Of a stretch of 64,000 nucleotides of DNA, positions 24,756 to 39,086 are shown in pieces. Below the pieces are notes generated by a model. That model was not told where the DNA came from. It was given only the letters and a program-made list of their open reading frames with translations, and searched no databases. The DNA is from Podarcis gaigeae (lineage: Eukaryota): NCBI GenBank assembly GCA_964106915.2, contig OZ066914.1; one strand, given 5' to 3'. A program made the translations under genes and the position numbers. Position 1 is the stretch's first letter, and every line of letters starts with the position of its first letter.

Positions 24756-25584
24756 AAACCAGGGGCTATTGTTTATCACTATTTTCCAGCTTATTTATTT
24801 ATGATATTTATTTGATGCTCCATAATGCACATTCTCTGGGCAGCATCCAATTTTTTAAAGAATATAAACACAAAACAATATCATAAAAGGAATAGGGCAT
24901 AAGATGTAATCCAGCATAGATCCAGCAGCAGAAAATAAAATTGGGACAAGAAAGGTCACAGCAGTACTAAAGCTCCACGTAAACAAATATAATAATCCAT
25001 GGAAAGAAGTAGATGAAAATTGCCAGAAGTGTCTTAAATCACAATAAATTAGATAGCAGCAAATATAAACCACCTTCCTTCTCTGTTCGTGCTTCACTTT
25101 CCAGCAATTATTCCATCTTGCGTTTTCTCTTAAATCATTGAATGCCTAGTTAGCTATCCTTAATGGGTTAAAATGTAACATTGAGAATGAGGTGTGTTGC
25201 CTGTTCAGCCAGAAGTGGAATGTTCAGCAGAGCCTCCCTCTCTTCCTTCTGCCTTATTTTTAGGATGGGCATAGGCATCAGTTGAAGGTGTGCCAAAGCT
25301 CATGGTTTTGAATCCACACTAAATGCACATTCATCAAAGGACATCTCCCTGCTTTTAGGCAACTAATAGGAACATCTTAATCTGAAATCACGTAGAATGG
25401 CAGGATTCTGGATGGGGGCATTTCCATACTCCTAAGTCAATTATCTTTCCATTGGCTTCCTAAGCAAAATTTTATCTAAAGGTGGAGCTTGTGCTGGCAT
25501 AAGAGATAAGAAGCCCTTTTTTTCTTTGGGCTGAGCTCCATTAAACCTTTCAGTAAAGTCTTACTTTCACAGACAGCTATAGGA

Positions 25585-25630
<46 letters not shown>

Positions 25631-26355
25631 ATGCGTCTTAGAAATGGAAACATTTTGTCGTGAATAAAGAAAAGAAAAGAAAATTTTTTATACTGTGCTC
25701 CATTCGCAGACCACATCAGAGGTAGTCTAAGAATAGAATAGATCAAGTATATTTTATGGAAATATAATGAGAAAAGGATGTGTTCCCAAAACTCACTCTG
25801 AACAAAGGAATGCAACATAGTCAGGGATACTTTAATGTGCCTAACAATTTTCTCATGTGAAAGGCTGCAGGAACAGCCTTTGGTTTGAATCTTCCTATCC
25901 TCCCCTGGCACCCGTAAGTTGAAATCAGAAATAGTAAAGCTATACGTTACAAAACAAGAAAGAAAGGGAAGGAGGAGAGCGGGGGGACATGGTGGGACAA
26001 TAATATAAATAACAAAATGTATGGATAAGGCAACACAGAACATCATAAAACAGACTGGCTACACTTTTTGGTCCGACAGCCGTAATCAGCCCTGGTCAAC
26101 TCTCTGGGGACCACATGGCAGCAGGGAGTGTGGCCATCCCACATTCTTTCACACGCTCTTGCTGCACACATATACACATAGGGTTGTTAGTTTTTTTAAC
26201 CTCCTTCCCACTCATCAAATGATTCATCTGATGACTAGGGAGGGGCAGTGGGATGGACAGAAGCTTAATCCTTACCACCAATGCCAGTGCTTGGTCCCAT
26301 TCTATCCTCCTAAATCAATAACATCTTGTAGTGGGATAGCACTGGGGGTTTCAGA

Positions 26356-26569
26356 TAGGGCTGCCATACATCAGGAATTTCCAGGACATAGCTGGGATTC
26401 AGCTGTTCAAAATGGTGTCCGGGCAGAATTTTTGAAAAGCAGCTAAAATGTCTGGGAAGGCCTGGGTGTATGGCAGCCCATATCGGAAGTGTGGGTTTGG
26501 GGTGATTTTCTTTAAAAAATAGGTAAAAACGTACTTTTAAAACTTATTTTTTGAAATATGACAAGCCTA
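26356..26569. mobile_element. hAT-type MITE
   Basis: TIR tagggctgccata / tatgacaagccta with an 8-bp TSD gtttcaga / gttccaga (1 mismatch). Confidence 0.7.
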
Positions 26570-27513
26570 GTTCCAGATCAAGCCCCCACACTGGTGGTTT
26601 TTCACCCCTATCACGTAAATAGTGACATTCTGAAAAGAACAGAAAAGTGGCATAAATCTTGTCATTTCATTATCATTGATCATATATTTAAGTCTTAAAC
26701 TCCAAATTCTAAAAAGCAGATACATTTCAGAGACATTTTCTATGTTGGCTTGTAATTAAAGCAAAACAAGAGAAAAGAGTCTGAAAGAAGCAAGAGTGTT
26801 GCAATGATTTGATTTCTGCTGGCTTTTACCAAAGGGCTTTTGTTCCTTTGGTATTGTGACAATACCAAACAGCTATCAAAGGGGCTGTCAAATTCAAACA
26901 CTGTAGGAGGAAGCACACCTACATTGTTAAAACAATGTCTCCTTTTTAAAAAAGTGTTTTTATTGATTTTTCAATATCGTTCCAATAGCAGCCTCATTAT
27001 AACTTATCCAATCAATACAATTATTAATGCCAATTATTCCAGTGTCAGATTATACAATTTAATCAAACTGGCCCCCTGCGTGCTAGGTTTGATGGCTTCA
27101 TTCTTCTATATTTTTTTCTGCATTCCAAAATTTTTATAATTTCCATTCTATTTCATTCAGATATAATAATGATAATTCCATTCAGATATAATAATAATTA
27201 TATAACAATCTTGTGATTTCATTCGTGTTGGTATATTAGGTAATTTATAAAGTTTCAAGTGAGGAGCTCTAACTGCAATCCTTATTCTTCCCTGCATGTG
27301 ACAGTTCCCCCCCCCATGATGTTTTCCCACCTGTATATGGAGTTATAGCCTTCATTCCTACAACTGTTGATGGTTCCCGTCATGCCTCGGGAGAAGCAGT
27401 TATCTCACACCTTCCAAAAGTCACTGCAGCACTTCGTCCTGTGATTTGGCTTCCAGTAAACAAGCTGTCTCTGCCATTTTTCTAGCCTAGGATGAACAGT
27501 CTAAATCCAGATA

Positions 27514-27854
27514 AGGTAAAGGTAAAGGTACCCCTGACCATTCGGTCCAGTCGTGGCCGACTCTGGGGTTGCGGCGCTCATCTCGCTTTATTACGCCAAG
27601 GGCGTACAGCTTCCAGGTCATGTGGCCAGCATGACTCTGGTGAACCAGAGCAGCTCACGGAAATGCCGTTTACCTTTCAGCCAGAGCAGTACCTATTTAT
27701 CTACTTGCACTTTGACATGCTTTCGAACTGCTAGGTGGGCAGGAGCTGGGACCGAGCAATGGGAGCTCACCCCGTCGCGGGGATTTGAACCGCTGACCTT
27801 CTGATTGGCAAGTCCTAGGCTCTGTGGTTTAACCCACAGCACCACCCCCATCCC
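27514..27854 (-). mobile_element. Sauria SINE
   Basis: (AAAGGT)n tail on the plus strand and a tRNA-like head. Approximate TSD ctaaatccagata / ctgaatccacata. Confidence 0.92.
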
Positions 27855-28933
27855 TCTCCTGAATCCACATAGTTCTATCCAAATATTTAATCCAAAACTT
27901 CTATTCCAAAACCTGGTAGACTCCTTTCTTCCCTGCCGCTGATTTATGGCCAATTGTCCTTATCCTAAACACCTTCCTTTGTGGATAAAGGAGGCTAGGG
28001 AGGACTTTGCTCCAGATTTTCAAAGTGTAGCATTCCCCACCTTCCCCCTCAGTTCTTTTCTCTCACACATGCAGTTCCAGTTTTGTTAAATTCCATATTT
28101 ATATTCCAATTTCTTCCTTCCTCACTTGTACAGATATTTATTTATTTATTTAAAAAACTTGCATTCCAGGGATGGTTACTGTATCATAAATGTAGAGAAA
28201 AACTTTGATATAAGCACACGGTGGTCTCCCCTCCCCATATTGTCTCTTTTACTGAATGAAATCCCCTCTCAATCCAAACCTTTTAAATCCTTGTAGCTGG
28301 GTTCGTTTTTGCAGTTTCTTATCTCATCTTCTCTAGTATGCACCTGTAGTTTACTCCAATTTTTTTAAAAAAAAACCCAATTAGCAGGATAACCTATGCT
28401 CCCAAAAACAGGATCGGGGGGGGGGCATGGCAGTTGGAGTACTCCATCCACTCAGTGCCTTTGCCTGCCCTCGCATTCCGTGGGGAAGTGAGTGCCAGAC
28501 CGCCAGGCAAACTGCGGGTGAGAGTCAGGTTCCTCTTCCAGCCAAAGAGGAATGCAGAAAATGCAATTCCCCCATCATTTTCTGATTATCTTCAACTCTC
28601 TCTCCATGGTGTTAGGAGAGGCATCCATCCCCTGGTGCACAGGAAACAGGAAGCCTACTGTACAATATCTCCTTTTCTGACCAATGCAGTATCTTAAATA
28701 TTATATTATTCTGCCGGGGTTTGAGGGGGAGAGACTTACGTATATGAAGTTGTAATTATCAAGCTGCTAATGATTATTAAGCAAACTCTGCAAGAAGGTT
28801 ATGTTTGTATGCACTATAATTAAATTTGTTTTAGTCAAAATGAAGTTATGCAGATATTAATGTTTCGATATAATAGTGTGCCTTGACTCTTGTAAGCAGA
28901 TATAGTAAATTCAGTAAGTAAAATAAGTCAACA

Positions 28934-29175
28934 CAGTGGTACCTCGGGTTAAGAACTTAATTTGTTCTGGAGGTCCATTCTTAACCTGAAACTGTTCTTA
29001 ACCTGAGGTACCACTTTAGCTAATGGGGCCCCCTGCTGCCACCGCACCACCGCCATGCGATTTCTCTTCTCATCCTGAAGCAAAGTTCTTAACTCGAGGT
29101 ACTGTTTCTGGGTTAGTGGAGTCTGTAACCTGAAGCGTCTGTAACCTGAAGCGTCTGTAACCCGAGGTACCACTA
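28934..29175 (-). mobile_element. Tc1/mariner MITE (same family as 22473)
   Basis: TIR cagtggtacctcgggtta. Reverse complement of the 22473 copy. Confidence 0.9.
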
Positions 29176-30697
29176 TAATTCAATTGTGCCATAGTAGGTA
29201 GAAAAATGACATATATATTGCTGGTTATGCAACAAGATATGTGTGGCTGTTGCCAAAACAATAAAAAGATCTAATGAATACTTTTGGATCCATCCACTGA
29301 ACATACTTTTTACAGAGATCAGCCATTATCACATGATCTGTTCTAATCTAATGGTCTACTTCCTTTGGGTTTCTGCTGTTGCCTCCATTTTTTCCCCTTC
29401 AGCCCAGCTAGGTGGAACCACTCTAGAACTTACAAACACTTCCCTGCCAGGAGGATATCCCAAGCTGCAGTTTTGATAGCTCTCCACACGGTGCCACTAC
29501 ACAGAGAATGAAATCTCCAGTTCCAGTTCTGGGAGTTCTTGACAATAAAATGGTCAAGTCTTAAGGTGGTAGTATTGAAAGTACAACTTTACAATACTTA
29601 CACCTTAATTTTCCCAAGATCAAAAATGTGTAGCAAACTAGCACTGCAGGACTGAAACATTTCTATCTTATGTGGTAATTTTTACTTGCAGAAAGATCCC
29701 TCCCTCCTTCCCTCCCTCCCTCCTTCTCTCTTTTATTCAAAATGGCACCCCTCCCAATCTGCTGTGCTAAATGATCTAGTTTTCGCTACTATTTCAGGAT
29801 TCTACTATTCATTCTGTTTTATTTCAATCAAGATTTTGTTCTGGTTTGGGCACTGAAACTGTCTTGGTCACCAAGAAAAGAAGAAGAAAAAACTTGATCA
29901 GATGGTCAAAACTCTACAATAAATAGGACTTTAGCCAAGTTTCAGAATCAAACTCTCAGAAGATGTCGTTCAGCTGCCGTGTAAAGAGGAATGGGCAAGC
30001 CTAACATGTTTTGCCTGCTTAATTTAATTTGGGAAACTTCAACCAGAAAATGAAGTTATTAGCAGGTTGCTACATTCAGAGATAAGATGATGTCACAGGA
30101 AAGCAGCCAAGTGAATTGTATGCCAGAACATAATATATGTGTCTGTCAGGATCAAATGATAGATAGATAAGCTATGAAGGGGTATGGAGAGGGTGAAAGA
30201 AGCACAGTCAGAGAAAGAACTGCAGGCCCTACCAAGTCAAGGCCTTCCCTTTTAGAAGTATTTGCGAGTGTCATCTTCCTCTCGATTTCAGCCTGGTCAT
30301 CTTTCAACCTCTATGTCTTGCTCAGAGCATGTTAAAAATAATATAAAAGGTAGGCAACTTTATGGACAACATCAAAAAGAAAAACCAAAGCCTTGATATC
30401 CCAGTTCAATAAGAGGAAAAAACAAAAAATGTTATAATTGTGGGTTGTCTTGAATATACTCGCTATTATTCTGTAAATCCTAGATATGGCAAATAAATCC
30501 ACCTAAGTGTTCTGTAAAGGAAAGACTGAAGTTCAGTTGTGTTCAGTGTTGGAGGAGCCATAAATTCTAGGACAACTCTTCTGGCTCAGATATGTGTTTT
30601 TCTGTGTTCCTCCAAGACATGCCCCAAACCTGGCTGGGGGTCTCTGTGTGTTGTTGTTTCTGTGTTGACACAATAGGAATGGATCTGCAAGGGGGAA

Positions 30698-30820
30698 GGG
30701 CCATAACTCACTGGAAGAGCACATGCTTCGCATGCAAAAGGTCCCAAACTCAAACCCTGGAAAGCACAGTTGCCTAAAAACCTGGAGAGTCACTGTCTGT
30801 CATTGTCATCAGTACTGTGC
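30698..30820 (+). mobile_element. tRNA-derived SINE (degraded)
   Basis: gggccataactcactggaagagcacatgcttcgcatgcaaaaggtcccaaactcaaaccctgg head. Confidence 0.65.
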
Positions 30821-30821
30821 A

Positions 30822-31260
30822 TCATGGCTGATCAAATGTAGTAGGAGGGGATTGACAGGATGGGCCCAGAGAGTAGACAGTGCCTCATTGTGGAAGGGAG
30901 TCATGCCCATTGCCTTGAAGAGGTGGTGTTGTAACCCATCCTAAAGATGTCCTAGCTGGATCCAGAAGTTTTTGAAAACTATCATCCGGTCTCTAACATT
31001 TCTTTCCTGAGCAAGGTAGTTGAGAGGGTGGTAGCCAACCAGCAGCAAGTATGCCTGGAGGAGGTAGATTATCTAGAATCATTGCAGTCTGATTTGATTT
31101 TGGCACTGAAACCGCCTTAGTTGCCCCAATTGATGAACTCTGTCAAGAAAGAGACATGGGAAGTCCAACCCTCCTGGTTCTCCTTGAACTTTCAATGGCT
31201 TTTGGTACCTTTGGCCATGGTGTTCTTCTTGAGTGACACAGCGAGTTGGAAGCTGGAGGT
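30822..31260 (+). mobile_element. old L2 RT-domain fragment
   Basis: NYHPVSNISFLSKVVERVVANQ...GTETALV, homologous to 42812-43000. Confidence 0.8.
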
Positions 31261-33339
31261 GCTATACTGCTCCACTCCCATGTACAAGGTCTCTACTAGA
31301 AAGTAGGCCGAGAAAATTCTCACCAAAGTCCATGGCTTTGGTACTGTGAGCATACAAAATCCTTCCAAGGTAATTTCTGAATAACAGTTTAATGATCTGC
31401 ATTTCAAAAACACAATAAACAATGCTGACAATGTCATTAGGATCCTTCCCACGGGAGAATTAATGGTTAATCACCCTGTCATGGTTGGGGTGTCTAGCTG
31501 AAGTAGACCATGGGGTTGTGTTCACCTGGTTCCCTCCTTTGACAGAAGAGCGCTATGTGTAAAGTAAGAGCAGGAAGCACTAGGACAGTTTGTGTGATAT
31601 AAACAAAGTCTTTAAGCTGTGCGGGCACTATTTGTTGCTGGGGAATGGAAGAGCTCAAAACAATAAGGGTAAAAAAGGACATTCTTACCCTTTCTGAGTC
31701 ATCAAAACAAAACGTCTATTCAAAACAACAGTTTCAGAGTCGTTTAAACAAATCACTATGAGTTTTAAAGGGGGGTGGGGAGACACAGGACAGAGAACAA
31801 AAAGTGGGTAGTAATTAGTCCAGATGAGATCCTTTTTCTTTTCTATTTTTAAATAACAAATGCATGCAGTAACTGATTCAGGATGAGTAATTGTTTTCTG
31901 CACAAGTTTTGTACATGTGGGTGGTAGGTTCTTTTTTAAAAAACATGTTGCGTGATCATTAAGTAATTAACATTGTTTCTTTCAGAAGAGGCCCTTTGGC
32001 CTTTTTATGGAATTGTTCGGTGGATTCATTCCCTGGGCATCTAATAAAAAATGACAGCAACTGAGGGCTACTGCATGCCAGTCCATTCCCACTGCCAGCT
32101 CAGCTATGGCCACGTAGTATGGATGTTTTGCAAACAAACGTTGAAAACAAAACCTTTTATTAAAAGAAGCAAAAGAACTAGTTCAACCTAGCGGGGGTGG
32201 GGAGGGCCACATGCCCTCATGGGAATGCCTCATGCCACTAGTGGGTGTGGCCAAAGTGGGTGTGGCCAGACACACACCACTCCCTCCTTCATCCAGGTAA
32301 GTGAGACATTCCAATCAGGTAAAATCTCTAGTAAAGGGTCCAGGGCAGGGCCAGTGAGGGATGTGAAGTGGGGTGGGTGTGGCATGGCCTGGTAGAGTTC
32401 CAAGTGTTGGATAGAGAAGCCTGGCAGGATGCATTTGGGTCTCGGAGGCAGAGGTTTTTCTTTTTTTAACCTCTGTGTTATTGTTAGATTTCTATTATGC
32501 CACTGTGCAGTTTTGGAGTCACAAGACTTTGTTGACATTCCAGACAGTTGGAAGTGTCACAGGGCACGGGAGATGGATGTTGAAGTTACTGGTTTCCTGT
32601 TTCTTTGTCCTGTAGTTTTCTGTCTCTCACAGAGAGCAGATGCGCATTCTTTTCTGTCCTGCATTGATAGAAATAAACATAGCAATATAGCACATATTTC
32701 TGGCTCCTTCTGCTGCTGGGTACTCTGCGTAATGGGGAGCGTGCCTGAAGTCTCATTAAAGGCTTAGGTCGTTAATCACCGTCGGAGGAGAGCCTAGATG
32801 GATTCCGAAGATATGACAAGGAGGAGAGCCATTTCAGCTCGGTCGTACGGAAACTCCGACAGTTATATGGACACCTTCATATAAAAAACTTCACAGCAAT
32901 AACTGTGCAGCAACAACTAGAAAAAATGTCTCATGGCACCTGAAAGACTAGTAAGTTAATTGTGGCACAAGATGCAATGGTTTGGCCCACACTTCATCCA
33001 GTGCATGAAATGGTCTTGTGATATGTACTGCTGGCAGAAAGAGGGGTGGTGTTCTCTCCACAAAAGCAGCTGGCTCAACCTTTCGGAGGTTGGGGTGTAA
33101 AAAAGTCTCTGGGAGGTGAAACAAGTCATTTAGATGACTGACCACTCAAGGGACATTCTAGACAAGTGCATAAGCCTGTTTGTATGGGGGGGGATGTCTT
33201 CAAGAGATGTCTGAAAGTCAAAAGTGAGGCTTCTCGTAGGGTCCAGTGACACTAAATGCCCAATTTCTGGTTCAGGTCACTTTGGCCCCTGTAACATGGA
33301 GGACAACTAGCAGCAATCCTTTGGATGGTGTCACTGATC

Positions 33340-34750
33340 AGGTGGTTCTAAAGGTACCCTGAACTCAAGCTGTACAGGGCTTTGTATATCTACAAAAGAA
33401 CTCAAACTTAGCTTGGTAATATATGGGAAGCCAGAGCAGGTGTTTTAGCGCAGGTGACGCACACGTTGTGGACAGTTTGCCCCCATCAGTGGTCTAGCCA
33501 CTGCTTTCTGAACCAACTGGAACTTCCAGACCAAGCCAAAGGACAGCCCCACATACAATGTGCTGCAGTAATCCATTCTCAAGGTTACCAGTGCATGGAC
33601 TTCAGGGGCCAAGTTATCCAAATATGCATGTAGCTGGCATACCAGACAAAGCAGGTAATAGACATTCTTAGCCACTAAGGTCACTCCAGTCACTTAAAGC
33701 TATGCATCTGTTCATATAGAGAGAATGCAACACTGTCCAGAACAGGAGTCAGCTAACTTTTTCTGCGGGGGTGGGGTGGGGTGGGGTTCACTGTTCCTCA
33801 GAACTTGTGGCGGGCCGGACCATGTGCGTACACACACATATACGCCCATGCCTTCCCTCCCTCCCTCCCTTCTTTGTGGCTGCAATACCTCCACTCCCCA
33901 CATTCAGATGGAGCAGGCTGGGCTGGGGAGGGGGCACCCCATTGGTGCTGGGTCTCTGCTTGGGCTGAAGGGCCACAGCCACCACCAGGAAGGGTCCCTA
34001 CCCCGGGGTGTCCATGACCGTGCTGCTAATGTGCCACCACCGAGCAGCACAGAGGAGTCCTCCTCCTCCTCTTCCTCTTCCTCTTCCTCCTCCTCCTCCC
34101 TCCTCTCAGGCTTTCTGCTTCCGCTTCTTCTTGCCCCTTCACTTCTCCTCCTCCCTTCTCGGAGCTAGACATCAACATGGTGCCCTGCCAATCAGTCTCA
34201 CCCTGATTGGAGCAACAAGCCTCGGAAAGGGTCGCCATTAGCCTCCAGCTCGTGTCAAACCAGCCAATGGAGGGGAGGCCTGAGGTTGCAAAGGCTTCAG
34301 ATTGGCCAGCATCACAGAAGTCTGAGCAACATCAGAGCATGCTGGGAGATGTAGTACCAGGAAAGCACCTCTCTGCAGAGCTAAACTGACACAGCGTGGC
34401 GACTGACTGAGCGGGCAGCAGGCTCCGCAGGCCAGGTTTATGACCATGTCAGGCCTTAACTGGCCTCCAGGCCTTAGTTTGCCGACCCATGGTCCAGAAC
34501 ATGAAGCACCTATGCACAGAGCCTCCCTCTTCCAAGGATTCAAACTTACTTCATTAGTCCTCATCCAGTTTACTACTGCACAGAGACACTGGTTCAAAAC
34601 TTCCACAGCCTCTTCTGATTCAGATGTCCCAATTCTCTCTCACACTGGGTACCCTAGGAGATGCCCTTAATCTTATGCACGGTGAACACATCTTAGTCCC
34701 ATACAGTACAAATGGTGGAGGAGAGGGAGTACAAGGGGTGGCATACCCCT
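33340..34750 (-). mobile_element. old L2 fragment interrupted by a hAT element
   Basis: VHALVTLRMDYCSTLYVGL..KFQLVQKAVAR (33445-33693) and VLNQCLCAVVNWMRTNEVSLNP (to 34606). Confidence 0.75.
33743..34491. mobile_element. non-autonomous hAT transposon
   Basis: TIR caggagtcagctaact / agtttgccgacccatg with a perfect 8-bp TSD gtccagaa at 33735-33742 and 34492-34499. Confidence 0.88.
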
Positions 34751-36184
34751 AGTCCACAACAAAGCCTGAAGAAAAAGTTAATTCCGCAATTATTCAAGCC
34801 ATTTCCATTTTCACTGGAAAGTAAGAGGAAATTGTGTGGCTTGGCTCCCAAGCTTAAGCCATCTGAGTTATTTTACGGAAATATTTATTGAATTGTGTAG
34901 GAACCTTTTTGCACAGGGCACCTTGCCCACTCTTAAACTCTGCTTTGGAGGTGGATTTAATCTGTAGCAGGAGAGTTAAATCACACCTTGCCTCCAAGGG
35001 CATGTGCTAATGACCAACATCTAAAGCCAGCGTGTGCAAGATAGATTTGATTTTTAAAATGCAAATAGGTGAGCCCAGACTTGCATGTGCATGTGTGTAC
35101 ATGCACACACACACACACACAAACACATGGTCTTCATATTGTAGAAGGGAAAAGCAAGTCAGACCTAATTTTGAATTTATTGGAACCTGAAATTTCTCAT
35201 AAAAACATTGACCTTATTTTAAAATGCATCCAATATCTGTTTACTAATCTGACTCCCGCCCCGCCCCGCCCCCCCCCCCCCCCCGTTCTGATATTTCTGG
35301 ATTTGTTCCCACTTGCTCAAATAACTAGTTTCCTTCTTTCTCTTTTTCCCTGAAAATTCTTACTCTCTTCGCAACGGCAGTGTGGAACTTGCATTCTAAA
35401 TGACTCCCTAGTTTAAGATTTGATGTTCCCTAGCTGAGAGGCAAAAAGCAATATTGCTACATTTATCTTTTTATGAAATGCATTACACAGAGTATAATTT
35501 GTGTCTCTATAATAATCTACTGTTTTCAATTAGAGATTAAGCCAGTTGCTATAAAGGTCTGAAGAAAATACAGCAACTTAATTTTTTGTTGTTGTTCTTC
35601 CATAAGAACGGTGGGAAACTGAATTGTGTTGTACCGACAGTGTACGGCAACCTTACAGAGTTTATATTCTGTTTACTGTAAATCAACTTCACGAACGCAA
35701 CCTGTGGCAGTGAGCCAATGAAATGAGATTAGCAAGTAGGGAAAATAGAAGATAATCATGTTTACAAAAGTTGATGAACATCTTCCCTCATGCTCCATAA
35801 AGACCTGAATTGACTATCTACTGAAATCAGTGGAATTTTGCTTCAGCTTCTCATGTTTGCATGATCACCTCACCCTTTCAGATGGACTTGGCCAATGGCA
35901 CTGGACCTGACCTATTAGAATGGTCAATGAAAAGGGGCCACAAATCCAGATTGTTTGAATCACATGGTGACCTCTCACCTTAAGTCCACATTTTGGTGCT
36001 ATTTGTTCTGGTGAGGAGGGACGGCAGTGGTTTGTAGTCACTAGTTTTTGGTGCTCTTTTCAGCTACTGCTCAGCCACTTGTAGCCAGTGTTTGAATTAT
36101 GTGGAGAAAGATAGAGGCGTTCTCAAGGAAGTACACAAGACAAGTTCCTGGTTCCCATTTATTAACTTAGCTAATGTAATAGAA

Positions 36185-36645
36185 TTCCTCAGGCCCTAAG
36201 TACATGAAAGACCTCTTCCTTTCCTACAGATGCTCTTGACTGCTAAGAGCAGTGGAGTATGCCCTCTTGGTTGTTCCATCACCACCAGAAGCTCAGAGGT
36301 GGTGGCCCTTCAGAGAACATTCTCTGTGACAATCCCTGTGTTGTAGAAAAGTGTGTCTGGCACATTCATTATACAGTTTTTGGTGAATATTGACAACACG
36401 CCTCTTTACCTTGGCTTTTGACACTTGAGATATATAGTCTTGGACCCACCTTATTTCTGTAATTTTAAGTTCTTTTAAGATCTTTTAATATTGTGCAGTA
36501 TTGTGTTTTAATATCAATGTTGTGTTTTAATTGTTTCATTGTGGTTTGATTATGTTGTAACCTGTCTTGGGACCTCAGGGTGAAGGGGGCGGGGCTAACA
36601 AATTGTAGTAGTAGTAGTACTCATCATCATCATCATCAACAACAA
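36185..36645 (+). mobile_element. old L2 3' fragment
   Basis: ggccctaagtacatgaaagacc...ctcttggttgttcca region, T-rich UTR, ...tgtaacctgtcttggg...gggcgggg and a (TAG)/(CAT) tail. Confidence 0.55.
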
Positions 36646-38299
36646 CATGGTTGTTTGATGCCATCAGTGCATGTTCGCCTTTGGACATACTGTTTTTTTT
36701 TGTACTCTTTGATATCTTTATGCCCCTGAAGGGAAGGAAATGGACTAATACTATTTTGTAAGCAGAGCTGCTGTGCTGACCTCTGAGAAATTATATTTTC
36801 AACTTTCTAGGCCTATTTTTCATTACCTACTTTTCATTCCTGACCACTTTCTATAATTGTTGGTATGCTTATGCACGCAGATATACAAAACTGTAATGAC
36901 ATTTTTGTGTGTGAACCATGACGGCAGGTAGGGTCTGTTCCCCTCCCTTTCTTCTCTTGTTTGTCTTTCTAATCTTTGCACTTTGTTATACAATTTTTAA
37001 AAAACATGATTATTAATTTATAAAAATAAGTTTGTGTTCTCTAACATCCTGGTGCCCCTTACAAACAGAATTCTGAAATATCAGGTGTTAAATCAAAAGA
37101 AAAAGCAAAACAGAAAGGGCTATAACCCTGTGCACATACTCATAACACCAATATTTAGTGGGGAACAGGGGTGTGACTACAGCCACACACAAAAATTCTC
37201 AATTAAAACAGATTCTCTTATTGGTGTGGAAGGGAAAAGCACAATCACTCTCAAAATAATAATAATAAATGATGATGATAACAATAACCACCATGATATG
37301 CAACCAGTAGTATGGACAGTCCACTACCATTTCACTCCAAATACATTGGAATAGACAGCAGTTGGCATTGCTGGCATCTGTCTGTCTTGGGAGACAATGG
37401 AGAAGTGTGCCTTCGCGGGTGAGGTCAAGCTGTTGGAAGGTTGTAGCACCTGCTGTGGCTGTAGAGACCAAAGTGGGAGAGACATGTTTTCTTGTGGCTG
37501 GGGTGGACAAAAGCAGCTATTGTTATATAAATGATACATCTGGAAGGGCTCTGTGGAAAGGGATGATATGTGTGCTCTGTACATATCCTAGAAGGTCCCA
37601 GAGCATCCTGTGTTGGTTTGTTTCTACAGCAATCTGTGAAACTTGTGCTATGAAGACTGCTTGCCAATGCATGTTTTTTCTTCATACACTATGTTGTGGT
37701 TGTAGAACGTGAGTCACCCAAAAATGGGATTCTGTGTAGTGTCACAGCTCAAGGCAGTAAACTAATAGTGGTCTTAAGGCAACTCTCTCTCTCCCCCTTT
37801 CAACCCAAAGAAGTCTCATGTGTTTGAAAACTACATTTACTTTATGGTGAAAGGCAGGTTCCATATTCAGTTACAACTTGCTGAGTATAGACCAAGATTG
37901 TGTCCAATAGTGATGATACACCATTTCCTAGTGCTTGGCAGCTCTAGAATCCCCCAGAGTAATGGTACACTGTCTTCTGTTCAGTGTAACATATTTCAGC
38001 AGGTTTCAAAAATCTGGGTAATGCTGTCTGGATAGTAGATCGAGTTTGCTTGAGTAAAATGCTTTGTTTTAGTAGAAGTATCTTCTTCGACCATTTCCTC
38101 CAGTGTTTCTCAAAGGAAAATGGGGACTCGTGTACTTGGAACTCCCCTATTCTCATATTAATCATTGTAGCTGTGGTTGTACATGTGTGTGCCTGAATGC
38201 AGACACACATGCACAATGACTGTCTCATATGGCTAAGCAGTTTTTTGTTTGTTTGCCTGCCATACTCTGTATTCATTTATTCTGCAACTCACCGACCAT

Positions 38300-38770
38300 T
38301 TCCAGAGGAGTAGCTATGTTACTTTATTGCTGCAGAAACAAGATTAACGTGGCACTTTAAGGACCAAGGGGACGCAGGTGGCGCTGTGGGTTAAAGCCTC
38401 AGCGCCTAGGACTTGCCGATCGAAAGGTCGGCGGTTCGAATCCCTGCGGCGGGGTGCGCTCCTGCTGCTCGGTCCCAGCGCCTGCCAACCTAGCAGTTCG
38501 AAAGCACCTCCGGGTGCAAGTAGATAAATAGGGACCGCTTACCAGCGGGAAGGTAAACGGCGTTTCCGTGTGCGGCTCTGGCTCGCCAGAGCAGCGATGT
38601 CACGCTGGCCACGTGACCCGGAAGTGTCTCCGGACAGCGCTGGCCCCTGGCCTCTTGAGTGAGGTGGGCGCACAACCCCAGAGTCTGTCAAGACTGGCCC
38701 GTACGGGCAGGGGTACCTTTACCTTTTTTTTTTAAGGACCAAGACATTTATAGTGACATTTTCCATGAAC
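38300..38770 (-). mobile_element. decayed Penelope-like terminal fragment split by a Sauria SINE
   Basis: gtggcactttaaggaccaa matches the reverse complement of 15155-15173 at 17 of 19 positions. Confidence 0.45.
38369..38730 (+). mobile_element. Sauria SINE (young, CpG-rich)
   Basis: Head gggacgcaggtggcgctgtgggttaa, B-box ggttcgaatcc, ACCTTT tail, and a perfect 13-bp TSD tttaaggaccaag at 38356-38368 and 38731-38743. Confidence 0.95.
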
Positions 38771-38843
38771 CCTGGTAGTTCCATGTCTATTTATTTTTTT
38801 CATTTATGGCCCACTTTTAAAAAATCCTTTAAGGATATCTATA

Positions 38844-39086
38844 CAGTGGTACCTCTGGTTATGAACTCAGTTCGTTCCGTAGGTCCGTTCTTAACCTGAA
38901 ACTGTTCTTAACCTGAGGTATCACTATAGCTAATGGGGCCTCCCGCTGCCACCATGCCACTGGTGCATGATTTCTGTTCTCATCCTGAGGTAAAGTTCTT
39001 AACCTGAGGTACTACTACCCAGGTTAGCAGAGTCTGTAACCCAAAGTGTTTGTAACCCAAGATGTTTGTAACCCAAGGTACCACTT
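38844..39086 (-). mobile_element. Tc1/mariner MITE (third copy)
   Basis: TA-cagtggtacct...aggtaccactt-TA. Confidence 0.88.

Noticed and set aside
26945-28560. Possible minus-strand non-autonomous L1-like element
   Set aside because: Only compositional hints, with no TSD or recognisable protein motif.
33725-34241. Poly-Ser/Pro ORFs
   Set aside because: They arise from (CCT)n low-complexity sequence inside the hAT element.
37355-37515. Segment resembling the 5' region of an RTE-type element
   Set aside because: The resemblance is from memory only, and I could not confirm boundaries or a ribozyme fold.
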